This document shows, piece after piece, positions 25,688 to 35,302 of a stretch of DNA of 64,000 nt. Both the position numbers and the translations under genes were made by a program. Under the pieces are notes generated by a model that was not told where the DNA came from, ran no database searches, and saw only the letters and a list, made by a program, of their open reading frames with translations. Where the stretch lies: contig CBDEUS010000002.1 in NCBI GenBank assembly GCA_965243395.1, positions 128,001-192,000 on the forward strand. The letters run 5' to 3'. The DNA is from Gammaproteobacteria bacterium. Its GTDB lineage: Bacteria; Pseudomonadota; Gammaproteobacteria; UBA4575. Within the stretch, counting starts at the first letter, position 1, and every line of letters starts with the position of its first letter.

Positions 25688-26812
25688 ATGCTGATTGAAA
25701 ACGCCAATCTAAAAAAAATAGATATCCCCTTTGTAGTCTCTTTTAAACACTCCTCTGCCGAACGATCTAAAACGGAGAGTGTTCTCGTAGAGATGATTTC
25801 CAAAAGCAGTATATCTGGTTATGGGGAATCATGTCCAAGAGAATATGTAACATCAGAAAATATTGAGAGTGTAAAAGTATTTTTTAATAAAAATATTCTC
25901 TCTTTCAAAGATTATGTAAATGACATAGATAGCCTAAAAATTTGGTTGGGAAACAATATTGAAAGTATTGATCTTAATCCTGCAGCAATGTGTGCTATTG
26001 AAATGGCCTTTTTAGATATGTTTTCAAAAAATAAGGGTATATCAATTGAGAATTCAATAGGCATTCCTGAACTGCAAGGTCAATTTAAATATACAGCAGT
26101 AATTGGAGATAGTAGTTCAGAAATATTTTATAGCATTCTTAAAAAGTATATTGATATGGGTTTTGATGATTACAAAATTAAGCTCTCTGGTATCTTAGAG
26201 AAGGATCAAGAAAAATGTCATATATTAAATACTAAACTAACATTCCCTTTTCGCTTACGCTTCGATGCTAATAATTTATGGAATAATCATGAAACTGCGA
26301 TCAGTTACTTATCTAAACTAGATATCGATTATTTTGCAATTGAAGAACCCCTTACACCAAATGATTATCTAGGTTTAGCCAAACTCTCAAGTGAGCTAAA
26401 TAAACAAATCATATTAGATGAGAGTTTTTTGAACCTTGGTCAATTCGATAACCTCTTTGAAAATCCTGAAATGTGGATAATTAATCTTCGAGTATCAAAA
26501 ATGGGCGGTTTATTAAGATCAATGAAGATTATTGATATAGCAAAAAATCATGGGATTAAAATAATTATCGGTGCTCAGGTCGGTGAAACAAGCCTTCTTA
26601 CAAGAGCAGCTCTAACTATTGCAAATTATGCAAGAGATATTCTTATTGCCCAAGAAGGTGCGTTTGGAAATTTATTACTGAAATCAGATTTATGTGATTC
26701 ACCCATTATGTTTGGTAAATCAGGCATCCTTGATTCTTCCAAATTACAAACAACCAGCTCTGGCTTTGGGTTTGAACTTAAAAACTACGAACACTTCGAG
26801 CAGCTAAGTTAG
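25688..26812 (+). CDS. enolase-superfamily dipeptide epimerase/MLE-like enzyme
   Basis: FKHSSAER, GYGESCPREYVT, KIK, DAN, EEP, DES, KMGG. Confidence 0.85.
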   Translation: MLIENANLKKIDIPFVVSFKHSSAERSKTESVLVEMISKSSISGYGESCPREYVTSENIESVKVFFNKNILSFKDYVNDIDSLKIWLGNNIESIDLNPAAMCAIEMAFLDMFSKNKGISIENSIGIPELQGQFKYTAVIGDSSSEIFYSILKKYIDMGFDDYKIKLSGILEKDQEKCHILNTKLTFPFRLRFDANNLWNNHETAISYLSKLDIDYFAIEEPLTPNDYLGLAKLSSELNKQIILDESFLNLGQFDNLFENPEMWIINLRVSKMGGLLRSMKIIDIAKNHGIKIIIGAQVGETSLLTRAALTIANYARDILIAQEGAFGNLLLKSDLCDSPIMFGKSGILDSSKLQTTSSGFGFELKNYEHFEQLS

Positions 26813-26857
26813 TTTGCTACTTAAAGAAATACTATCAAGTTTGTAAAAAACTGACTC

Positions 26858-26904
26858 AATGGTGGCCAGGGGCAGAATCGAACTGCCGACACGAGGATTT
26901 TCAG
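26858..26904 (-). repeat. att site: 47-bp direct repeat of the tRNA-Phe 3' half
   Basis: AATGGTGGCCAGGGGCAGAATCGAACTGCCGACACGAGGATTTTCAG is identical to 56292-56338. Confidence 0.95.
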
Positions 26905-27088
26905 CCTGCTTCATAACTGTAGATACTCGTGCACGTTTCGTGTTTAATAGTAATTAAATCTTACACTTAAAACGTTTAATTAATTTTAAACGTGTCTAAT
27001 CGTAGCACGAAATCTTCCACCAAATGGTATGAAAAAAGTGCAAGGGTGGTGCAAAGTTCGCTACGAGGATTTTTTGGAGGATGACCAT

Positions 27089-28324
27089 ATGAGTAAACAT
27101 CAAATCCACTTAACCAAACACGATGTACAAAACTATCCACGACCCGAACAAGGAATGCTTCGATTGTGGGACAGCGAGATTGAAGGTTTGTATGTTTTAA
27201 TTCCAGCTGCAGGAAAACGAACCGCATACTTTCGTTATCGCATTCAAGGACGCCAACGTGATTTTCGCATTGGTCGCATCGATCGTCTGAGCTTGAAGGC
27301 AATACGTGATGAAGCCAAAAAGTGCGCCGCGAGAGTCGAGCTTGGCCAAGACATACAAGAAGCCAGAAATGCAGCTAAGCTTGCGCTACGTGAAGCCAAA
27401 AATAATCAAGGTGCGCCCAATCTCCAATTGTTTGGAGACTTCTATCAACACTATTACATCGATTATGCAAAAGCGACACTGAAAGATTATCGAAAACGTC
27501 TACGAGCCATCGAATTTAACTTTTCACAATGGTTTGATAAACGTTTAGATGAAATCAATGTGCCGTTAGTGGCTAGTTGGCGTAATCACAAACTGGCAAC
27601 ACCTGTTACAGTAGGCAAAGGCGACAATCAAAAACAACGTGAACGTACTACCGGCGCGATCAATCGACCGGTTGGCTATTTGAAAGCGCTACTCTCCGTT
27701 GCTTATGAAGAAGCGGAGCTTTTGGATCATCACCCTCTTGATCGACTCAAACCTTTGAAAGAACCTCGACACAAGCGTGATCGGTTCTTAACCAATGAAG
27801 AATTTAAACGTTTACGTAATAGTTTGCGCGGACGTGATGATTATCTACCGGTTTTAATAGAACTGGGTATTAACACAGGTTTGCGTTTGAATGAGATGCT
27901 CACCTTAGAATGGGGATCAGTTGATTTACGTAATCAGACGCTGACGGTGGAAAGTCATTACGCCAAAAGCAAACGCAAGCGAACCGTTCCACTCAATAAT
28001 TCGATTACCGCAGTCATACGTGATTGGAAACTTCGTACTCAACGCTTTGGTCCATGGGTATTCACCAATCCGAATACCGATAATCACTACGTCTCCATTT
28101 ACCGCGCATGGAATACAGCGATGCAAGAAGCCGGCATTGAAAACTTCGTGCGTCATGATTTACGCCGTACCTTTGGCAGTTGGCTCGCCGAACGCGGTGA
28201 GAGCATTTATGTGATTAAGAATTTACTCGGACACTCCAGTGTGAAAGTCACCGAAGAAAGTTATGCGTATCTACAAGACAAATCTCAACGCGATGCGGTA
28301 GAACGCCTTGAAGCGATCGCATAG
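27089..28324 (+). CDS. tyrosine integrase with N-terminal arm-binding domain
   Basis: LWDSEIEGL arm domain; TGLR, HDLRR, LGH, catalytic Y. Start chosen after SD GGAGG. Confidence 0.93.
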   Translation: MSKHQIHLTKHDVQNYPRPEQGMLRLWDSEIEGLYVLIPAAGKRTAYFRYRIQGRQRDFRIGRIDRLSLKAIRDEAKKCAARVELGQDIQEARNAAKLALREAKNNQGAPNLQLFGDFYQHYYIDYAKATLKDYRKRLRAIEFNFSQWFDKRLDEINVPLVASWRNHKLATPVTVGKGDNQKQRERTTGAINRPVGYLKALLSVAYEEAELLDHHPLDRLKPLKEPRHKRDRFLTNEEFKRLRNSLRGRDDYLPVLIELGINTGLRLNEMLTLEWGSVDLRNQTLTVESHYAKSKRKRTVPLNNSITAVIRDWKLRTQRFGPWVFTNPNTDNHYVSIYRAWNTAMQEAGIENFVRHDLRRTFGSWLAERGESIYVIKNLLGHSSVKVTEESYAYLQDKSQRDAVERLEAIA

Positions 28325-28637
28325 TACTGCATGGAATAGTGTCATTCATGACATTAAAAACCTCGTTGTACCCGATGCGAAAGAGCTCGCCCATTTGCTC
28401 GTATCCGAAAAAGAAATCCCTGGCATCGTACGCCTGTGGCTTGGGATGTATATTCTTAGCCATCTTAAACCGGATGGAAAACTGCTTAGAAGACACCAAC
28501 GAAATCTCGTTCGCGATATTTATCAAGAGGCAATTAAAAATAATATGAAACGTAAAGATGCAATCGAGTTTATCAGTAAACAAATCCACAAAAGCCCAAA
28601 AACCATCGAGGGTTACATCGATTCTCCACGTGAGTGA
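28308..28637 (+). CDS. hypothetical protein (possible C-terminal HTH)
   Basis: 109-aa ORF overlapping the integrase stop. Confidence 0.5.
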   Translation: MKRSHSTAWNSVIHDIKNLVVPDAKELAHLLVSEKEIPGIVRLWLGMYILSHLKPDGKLLRRHQRNLVRDIYQEAIKNNMKRKDAIEFISKQIHKSPKTIEGYIDSPRE

Positions 28638-28836
28638 GGTGCAGAGCCCAAATCCTCGCCTCATATAAAACAATCCACTCGGTTTCTGACAGTTACGACA
28701 AAGATTTAACGAACAGTTATTTTTTCCACTGTTGTTCCACCTAAAACACCTGAGTTTTTTCAAAAAATTCCGGTTTTAACCATTATTAACCGTCGCTATG
28801 GTGCATGCTTCATAGATCGAACACGAAGGTATCAAC

Positions 28837-29103
28837 ATGGAACAAATGAGTAAAATAATTGGTTCAATACAAAATGGTGAAATCTTCACTTCAGGAGAAG
28901 CCGCAAAGTATTTAGGCGTATCGTACGAAACTCTAAAACGTGCCCGCTATACCAGCAAACTCAATGGGCAACCTGCTCCCAAACACATGCGTCTCAACTA
29001 TCGAACTGTGGTCTATCGTAAAACCAGTTTGGATGAATGGCTGAACTCACTAGAAGAATTTGAAACTGGCGCAGAGGCCAATACGGCTCTGTATGAGAAA
29101 TAG
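28837..29103 (+). CDS. AlpA/excisionase-like HTH protein
   Basis: FTSGEAAKYLGVSYETLKRAR...RTVVYRKTSLDEWL. Confidence 0.85.
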   Translation: MEQMSKIIGSIQNGEIFTSGEAAKYLGVSYETLKRARYTSKLNGQPAPKHMRLNYRTVVYRKTSLDEWLNSLEEFETGAEANTALYEK

Positions 29104-29566
29104 AGAAAAACCATTTCGATTTAAATGGGCAGATGCAGTACGAAATTCAGACTTACCCGCTACAACAAAACACGTGTTATTAGCGCTATCGACTTATATG
29201 AAGAATACAGGAACAGACTGTTGGCCTTCTTATCAAAGGATTGCCAAAGATACGAGTCGCAACCGAACCACAGTAATTAAGCATATACAAAATGCGGTGA
29301 ATTTAGGTTGGATAGTCAAAAAAGTCAGGCACGATGTTCATGGTGATCATACAAGTAATGTGTATCTACCCAGAATTCCTAACAGTAGTCTTACTAAACA
29401 ACTACCTGGTTGCAAACAACAACAACCTTGGTCAAAACTAAATGGGACAGTAGTAGCAGCAGCCGACTCTAACAATACAATTAACCATATAACTAACAAG
29501 ACGAATACGGTTATTAATGTAGAAGAATCAAGAAAACAAGTGCGTGAACTCGTAGGCTTAAAGTAA
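29060..29566 (+). CDS. phage replication-initiator-like wHTH (HTH_36-like) protein
   Basis: KHVLLALSTYM...CWPSYQRIAKDT...SNVY. Confidence 0.75.
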   Translation: MKLAQRPIRLCMRNREKPFRFKWADAVRNSDLPATTKHVLLALSTYMKNTGTDCWPSYQRIAKDTSRNRTTVIKHIQNAVNLGWIVKKVRHDVHGDHTSNVYLPRIPNSSLTKQLPGCKQQQPWSKLNGTVVAAADSNNTINHITNKTNTVINVEESRKQVRELVGLK

Positions 29567-29580
29567 CAGGAATTTCAAAG

Positions 29581-29808
29581 ATGGATGATGGTTATGTACA
29601 TATTTCAGTAGTTGAACATTTAGTATCGTTAGGCTTCGATGATGTGACAATGTGCAGCTTAAATGAGAAGCAGCTAAAAGCGATGGAAACATTAGCAAAA
29701 GAAGCAGGTATCAAGATACTCGATGAAAATCCAGAAGAGTATTTAAAAATTAATAATTATTCCCCACATTTCAAATTGATTAAGGGCGGCGGGAAAGGGA
29801 GACAATGA
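29581..29808 (+). CDS. hypothetical protein
   Basis: 75 aa ending FKLIKGG, follows the rep-like gene. Confidence 0.5.
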   Translation: MDDGYVHISVVEHLVSLGFDDVTMCSLNEKQLKAMETLAKEAGIKILDENPEEYLKINNYSPHFKLIKGGGKGRQ

Positions 29809-29839
29809 CTTAAATTAATTACTAAATTAGAAAGCCAAA

Positions 29840-30598
29840 TTATTCAGAAAAAAATTCTTTTATAATATATTCACTACCTGAAATTATATTTTCATATAAA
29901 GCAAATGAAAAACTTAATAAACTTAATAATAATAATATCAAAATCACTATCCTAACTGGCTTTCGTATAGTCGAGTACCTCCCAAATACCTCCCAAAATA
30001 ATTCACGCTCAACCTCTTTAGTCTGTTCTATATCAAGCTCATTATCTGAATTTAATATAGGCATGCCTAAAGAATAAATTTTACTTTTGTACTCAAAATA
30101 TAGTACTGATTGATTTTCTTGAACATTAACTAATGGTATATCAGAAGCCTTAATGCCAAAATTTGATAATTCAGACTTACTTAGCTCTTTTATATATCCT
30201 TTTGTTTTTATTCTTTCAAAAAATTTTGGGAGCTCACTTTTTGCTTTCACAATATCTAATGAAATCCATGCAATCCAGCGTGGAGCATGTTTGTGAGACT
30301 TATAATCTGAAAATGATGAGTATGTCTTGATAAATTTTGGGCAAAATATCATATAAAGTATATATGCAATGACAAAAAACAAGGATGCAGCCCAAAGATA
30401 TTGCCATGTAAATGGAAGTTGAAAATTTATAGTTAACGAAGAATTTTCATTAACTTTGAATATAACTTGCTCGGGAACATTTTCTAATATTTTTGCAATT
30501 GCAGGTACAATTGCAAACCAAGCCACAAGATAGCGAAATACAGTTATATTAAATTTTTCGTTATACCATTGCCAATGAGAATATACATTATTCAACAT
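29840..30598 (-). CDS. hypothetical membrane protein
   Basis: 3 TM segments, overlaps the radical SAM stop, very AT-rich. Confidence 0.65.
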   Translation of the reverse strand: MLNNVYSHWQWYNEKFNITVFRYLVAWFAIVPAIAKILENVPEQVIFKVNENSSLTINFQLPFTWQYLWAASLFFVIAYILYMIFCPKFIKTYSSFSDYKSHKHAPRWIAWISLDIVKAKSELPKFFERIKTKGYIKELSKSELSNFGIKASDIPLVNVQENQSVLYFEYKSKIYSLGMPILNSDNELDIEQTKEVERELFWEVFGRYSTIRKPVRIVILILLLLSLLSFSFALYENIISGSEYIIKEFFSE

Positions 30599-31818
30599 TT
30601 CACTTTATCCCACTTATAAATTTTCCTTCCGGATTTATCTTTATCACCATTAAAGTATACTCCATAAAAAGTTGTTGGGTTAAATGGTGAATCCAGATTT
30701 TGCCAACGATGAAGCAAATAATCCTCAACAGTATTATGTGCATTATTTCTTTTTGGTAATCGAGAATTTGAATTTAAGTGTTTATCAATTGATCCAGCTG
30801 GTTTCCAATATTTTTGGATTCGATCGTATGTAATATTTTCAAATCCAGATTTTTTAACCGCATGACTTATTTGATACTTATTCCAATTTTCAAATCCATC
30901 AAATTGATCTACTCCACTACAACAACAGTTTGTGTCTGACATATATTGAAGCTCATTATCAGCAGCACCAAATGTTATCCCAAATTTATTAGAAGCTGAT
31001 TTAACTTCTTTTAGTCGTTCAATCTTATATTCAGGAGGTAGCACATATTCTCTACCATCACGATTGGCTTTAGATAATTTATAATGATTATTTATATCAA
31101 AATCTAACTTAAGCGATAGGCGTCGCCATAACTCATTATTTTTTTCAATTGGTAGTTTCAAGTGTTCTAAACCGAGATGCTTTATCCCACTTGCAGCAAT
31201 TGCGCTTACAAACTTGCTTGGATCTTCACTTACATTTGGTATATATGGTTGCCATCTAACAGTTGTATTAATACCATTTCGCGATAGCTTACTTATTGCT
31301 TTTAATTTTTCTGAGGATGTAGGCGCATGTGGTTCAGAATAATTAGAAATCTCATTTATTGCACTAGAGAAAGAATACTGAACAACTAAATGTGGATTAG
31401 ATTTTAGAACATCTAAATATTCTTTTTCAGCAACTAGCGGTGATTTTGTACTTATTACTACAGGATAATTTATCTCACATAAATATTTTAAAATCGCTAA
31501 TGACACCCCACTTTTTTTCTCTGCAGGTTGAAATGGATCACTCATACCTCCGAAATGTAGCGGAAGTCGATGTCTTATAGCTTCTGAAACAATACCTGTG
31601 GCCGTATCCGGATGTTTTATCGCAAATTTAAATCTTTTAATAATTTTTTCAGGATCTGCAATTTTTAATTTTTTAGATGAAGTATTTCCCCCTCGAAGTC
31701 TGGCAAAACAGTAGCTACAGTTAAAATTACATCCCGAATATGTATCAAGCCTAAAAGGTAAACCACAAAAACTGAATTGGCTAGTGATTCCAATTGGCGT
31801 CGTATATTCTATTGTCAT
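30592..31818 (-). CDS. radical SAM protein (spore photoproduct lyase-like)
   Basis: LDTYSGCNFNCSYCFAR (CxxxCxxC), GGMSDPFQP, ISTKS. Confidence 0.85.
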   Translation of the reverse strand: MTIEYTTPIGITSQFSFCGLPFRLDTYSGCNFNCSYCFARLRGGNTSSKKLKIADPEKIIKRFKFAIKHPDTATGIVSEAIRHRLPLHFGGMSDPFQPAEKKSGVSLAILKYLCEINYPVVISTKSPLVAEKEYLDVLKSNPHLVVQYSFSSAINEISNYSEPHAPTSSEKLKAISKLSRNGINTTVRWQPYIPNVSEDPSKFVSAIAASGIKHLGLEHLKLPIEKNNELWRRLSLKLDFDINNHYKLSKANRDGREYVLPPEYKIERLKEVKSASNKFGITFGAADNELQYMSDTNCCCSGVDQFDGFENWNKYQISHAVKKSGFENITYDRIQKYWKPAGSIDKHLNSNSRLPKRNNAHNTVEDYLLHRWQNLDSPFNPTTFYGVYFNGDKDKSGRKIYKWDKVKC

Positions 31819-32035
31819 TCCTGTGGCTATAAATTAAGAATAAATACAGGGTTGTCACATAGTATATTCCGATCAATATCGAAAAAACTCTGGATAGTAT
31901 CTGCCTAATTCAATTTGTTAAAATTCAGAGTCGTGAATATGAGAAATCTCCCTGAGTGCAGTGAACCGCTTATCTGCCTAACTTGAAAAATTGTGAAATC
32001 TTGGCATAAAAAAGAGGTTTATTTGATATAATTAA

Positions 32036-32110
32036 TGGAGGCCAGGGTCGGAGTTGAACCGACGTATTACACCTTGCTGGGGGTATGCATCACCACTCTG
32101 CCACCTGGCC
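32036..32110 (-). pseudogene. tRNA-Cys-like element with an aberrant anticodon arm
   Basis: GGCCAGG TG GCA GAGTGGTGA TGC ATACC CCCAGCAA GGTGT AATAC GTCGG TTCAACT CCGAC CCTGGCC T CCA. Confidence 0.75.
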
Positions 32111-32713
32111 TTTTAAGCTCACTCTTTGCAAATTTGCTAAAATCTTCATTGCTTCGATTAAGGAGCAATCGTAAATTCTCATAATTTTTTCTTTATCTCT
32201 TTCGTCTCCAAGTAATCTTGAATCTAATAAAAACGCATCTCTAAATAAATCTGCTTGGCACTCGGAATCAGTATGTCTATCTACTGATTGAAATTCATCA
32301 GTTAAGTTTAGGTACTTGGATTTGTGATTACAGAAATAATGTCCAAGTTCGTGTGTAATTACTTGGAGAGCATCAAAAGAATATGATTCAGCAGCTGCCC
32401 AGATGCTTTCTCTAAACTGAAAAAAATTGGATGGATTATCTGTATTATCTTTAGGACAAAATCTAGCTGGCCCGAAGTCCAATAAATCATCCTCAAGCAA
32501 TTCAAAGTATGGATAATTGTTATCTGGGCTATGCTTAATACTAAAATATGTAATTAATTTTGTTGGATCTGCAAGATTTTTATTATTATTTCTAACAAAT
32601 CCATATTCCAAACAGTAGTCTATAGCCTGATGTGCGATAGAAACAATCTCATCATCTGATTTATACGGTACTTTGCAACCATAATTTCTTGTATCACGTA
32701 GAGTACTCATCAA
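32090..32713 (-). CDS. ImmA/IrrE-family metallopeptidase
   Basis: THELGH (HExxH) and ECQADLF; paired with an XRE gene. Confidence 0.8.
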   Translation of the reverse strand: MMSTLRDTRNYGCKVPYKSDDEIVSIAHQAIDYCLEYGFVRNNNKNLADPTKLITYFSIKHSPDNNYPYFELLEDDLLDFGPARFCPKDNTDNPSNFFQFRESIWAAAESYSFDALQVITHELGHYFCNHKSKYLNLTDEFQSVDRHTDSECQADLFRDAFLLDSRLLGDERDKEKIMRIYDCSLIEAMKILANLQRVSLKGQVAEW

Positions 32714-33053
32714 GAATAGCCTTTATTCTTTTTTTGTCCTCAACAGAAAGTTTTTTAAATCTTTGATGAAATGAATGAGTTAAAGCCCTCTCATCCAAAC
32801 TATAATCATCAAGGTTAAGTTTTAATTGATTAATTGATAATTCCGCCCACTCATTCCATTGTTTTTTTGTAATCCCAAGGTTTTTAAAGAATTTGTAAGT
32901 CTTATTAATTATGTCTGTAGAAATTGGTTTCTTGCCATTCTCAACCGCTGATAAATAACTAAGTTTGATACCCAAATACTCAGCCATTTCTGTCATGGTT
33001 ACACCTTTATCTGTTCTGGCAATTCTGGCTTCTCTACCAAATTTTGTAATCAT
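32694..33053 (-). CDS. XRE-family HTH regulator
   Basis: TMTEMAEYLGIKLSYLSAVENGKK. Confidence 0.88.
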   Translation of the reverse strand: MITKFGREARIARTDKGVTMTEMAEYLGIKLSYLSAVENGKKPISTDIINKTYKFFKNLGITKKQWNEWAELSINQLKLNLDDYSLDERALTHSFHQRFKKLSVEDKKRIKAILDEYST

Positions 33054-33092
33054 ATTAAAATCACTCCAATATAATCTATTCGGGTTAAAATA

Positions 33093-33110
33093 TTAACCTA
33101 TATAGGTTAA
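33093..33110. promoter_or_regulatory. perfect 18-bp palindrome (likely operator of the XRE-IrrE pair)
   Basis: TTAACCTATATAGGTTAA, 40 bp upstream of the XRE start. Confidence 0.6.
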
Positions 33111-33265
33111 CTTTTCAAGACTAGGCAGAAGTAATTTAATGACCATGTAATTGCTTGTTTTTGAAGGTGGAACCGGTAGAACTCGAATCTACGGTCAAAG
33201 GATTGTGTGGTTTCTTATTTTGTAAGAATTGAGGATATTTGAATCAAGTTGGATCCTGATGATCA

Positions 33266-33856
33266 TTAATCATTAAATCCGACTATAAATGAGATGCTAT
33301 ACATATCATTCCCTTCCGCATCGGTAATGATAGTGATGTTTTCTTGGGTAAGTATTTGATGCTCTTTTGGAATGTATTCTTGTTCAAGTACGGGACGCAC
33401 TAATTTTAACAAAGACCGAGGTGATAACGACTCAATATCAATTACTGAGAAAAATAAGGTAATGGCTGTCATCCCATCTTGCCACCATAATTCCAACCGG
33501 TAAGGTCTCTGGTTTTCTAACATACCGGATTTAGCACCAAGATCCCCTTCACGTAATTGAGAATCATTACAATATTGATTAGGTATAAATTTAGATCGAT
33601 TAGGTACTGGATACTTTGAAGTAGATTCAGAGTAACTACAATTATGTGCAAAAGATCTAGAACCAATTTTCATGCGCTCTTTTTGTTGATCTTCTTGCCA
33701 CCAAAAATATCCTATTATTCCACCCAGCATGAGGACAAGTGCGTTACCAGTGGTCAGTCCATGATCTAACACATAAACGGTTCCTAATATCAGAGCTGAA
33801 AGCCCGATAAGGTAAACGATCGTTTTGCCTGTATTTTTAATGGCCTTTAATTGCAT
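33266..33856 (-). CDS. hypothetical protein with two N-terminal TMs
   Basis: 196-aa ORF. Confidence 0.6.
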   Translation of the reverse strand: MQLKAIKNTGKTIVYLIGLSALILGTVYVLDHGLTTGNALVLMLGGIIGYFWWQEDQQKERMKIGSRSFAHNCSYSESTSKYPVPNRSKFIPNQYCNDSQLREGDLGAKSGMLENQRPYRLELWWQDGMTAITLFFSVIDIESLSPRSLLKLVRPVLEQEYIPKEHQILTQENITIITDAEGNDMYSISFIVGFND

Positions 33857-33912
33857 TCTTGTTTCATGAGTATATAGGTTTTACTTACTGTAGACTATAG
33901 TCCGTAGACTAT

Positions 33913-34176
33913 ATGTCACATCTGGATAAGGTCTATCACATGATAGACCAACGGATTCTGCAAGATTGTTTTGGAGATGTGCTCCGAGAAGCTAGATTGC
34001 GTGCATCCTTATCACAAGAAGCCTTAGCGATGGAATGCGAGCTAGATCGTACTTTTATTTCAATGTTAGAGCGAGGTCAAAGACAGCCTTCACTCTCAAC
34101 AATTTTTGCTCTATCTGATGCCCTTGGTATTAGACCCTCTACTCTATTGAAAAAAGTAGAAACTGCAACTGAGTAG
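33913..34176 (+). CDS. XRE-family (C-protein-like) regulator
   Basis: LSQEALAMECELDRTFISMLERGQRQPSL; GACTATAGTC boxes at the start. Confidence 0.88.
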   Translation: MSHLDKVYHMIDQRILQDCFGDVLREARLRASLSQEALAMECELDRTFISMLERGQRQPSLSTIFALSDALGIRPSTLLKKVETATE

Positions 34177-34258
34177 AGGATATGTATACTGAATGTCGCT
34201 CTAAAAATTGGAGCAACTATCAAATAGTTAATTAATAGTTGATATATACATAATTGAT

Positions 34259-34279
34259 TTCCACCTAATTTCCATCAAA
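34259..34279 (+). repeat. putative integrase arm-type repeat, copy
   Basis: TTCCACCTAATTTCCATCAAA. Confidence 0.55.
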
Positions 34280-34470
34280 TAAACTTCAATAATTCAGTTT
34301 ATTTTAAACCCTTCTTCAGTATGCTTTCAGCTAGTCTTCAGCACGAAAAACTAGTCAAAAACCTCCCCGCAGTAACCTATTTATTTAATATAGAAATGCG
34401 GACAATCAAACCTCAATGCTTCAATATCCGCTTTCAGCCAATAGCGGATAAAAATATAATTACCTGGCGA

Positions 34471-35145
34471 TTAATCCCAATTAACAAACTTTTTATGAGA
34501 AAAAAACAAAATATTAATAATCCAATACAAAATAACTATCAGTACCAACATTGTCGGAATACCAACAATGTAAAATACTTGCTCTATTGGCATTTCTTTA
34601 ACGTTAGAACCTTGCATTTTTATAATCTTATCCGTGAATGCTAATAGGGCCCAAATCAGAGAAAATCCGATTCGCCATACATGTCTAATTATGCGTTGAT
34701 TTCCTGATAAGCCTGATAGATATAAATTTCGGATATCTCCAATTGCACAAAGAAAGGCAAAGCCTGCCCAAAAAAGATAAACACTTGGAACATTTACATC
34801 ACGCCAACCAGCACTTACAAAAAGTGCAGCTATAGCAAAGATAACAATCCATGCTAGAGCCACATATTCCATGAAGCCAGTTTCATATTTTTTATGCTTC
34901 GCTGTTAGCCATGCAGTGAATACTGTATAGATCACAACAGCACTTAAAAACATGTCATCTGTGGATTCTTTTAAATGTGCGGCTACGAATCCTGAAACTA
35001 GCATGATGGTCATTGAAACAGTGAACCAATTACCAGCTTTCCGATGACTAATGCCTCCTTTGATTACGAACAAGGCAACAACAGCAGTAATGAGTCCAAT
35101 GGCTCCTGTAGGAGTATGAATCATCCAAACTACTATTTCTTTCAT
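34471..35145 (-). CDS. DUF2306-like membrane protein
   Basis: IHTPTG...KGGISHRKAG; multiple TMs. Confidence 0.65.
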   Translation of the reverse strand: MKEIVVWMIHTPTGAIGLITAVVALFVIKGGISHRKAGNWFTVSMTIMLVSGFVAAHLKESTDDMFLSAVVIYTVFTAWLTAKHKKYETGFMEYVALAWIVIFAIAALFVSAGWRDVNVPSVYLFWAGFAFLCAIGDIRNLYLSGLSGNQRIIRHVWRIGFSLIWALLAFTDKIIKMQGSNVKEMPIEQVFYIVGIPTMLVLIVILYWIINILFFSHKKFVNWD

Positions 35146-35302
35146 TTAATTATTCTCTATCTGTTGAACTATTAAATAAAATGAATGACCGCTTTGGCTC
35201 GTTAGCAGTCATTTTGAACGTTTGTTTTCAAGCTTCCAACCAAACTTCCCTTAAATTAATCTAAATTATGTCCGCTTTCGGCCAATAGCGGACATTCATG
35301 AA

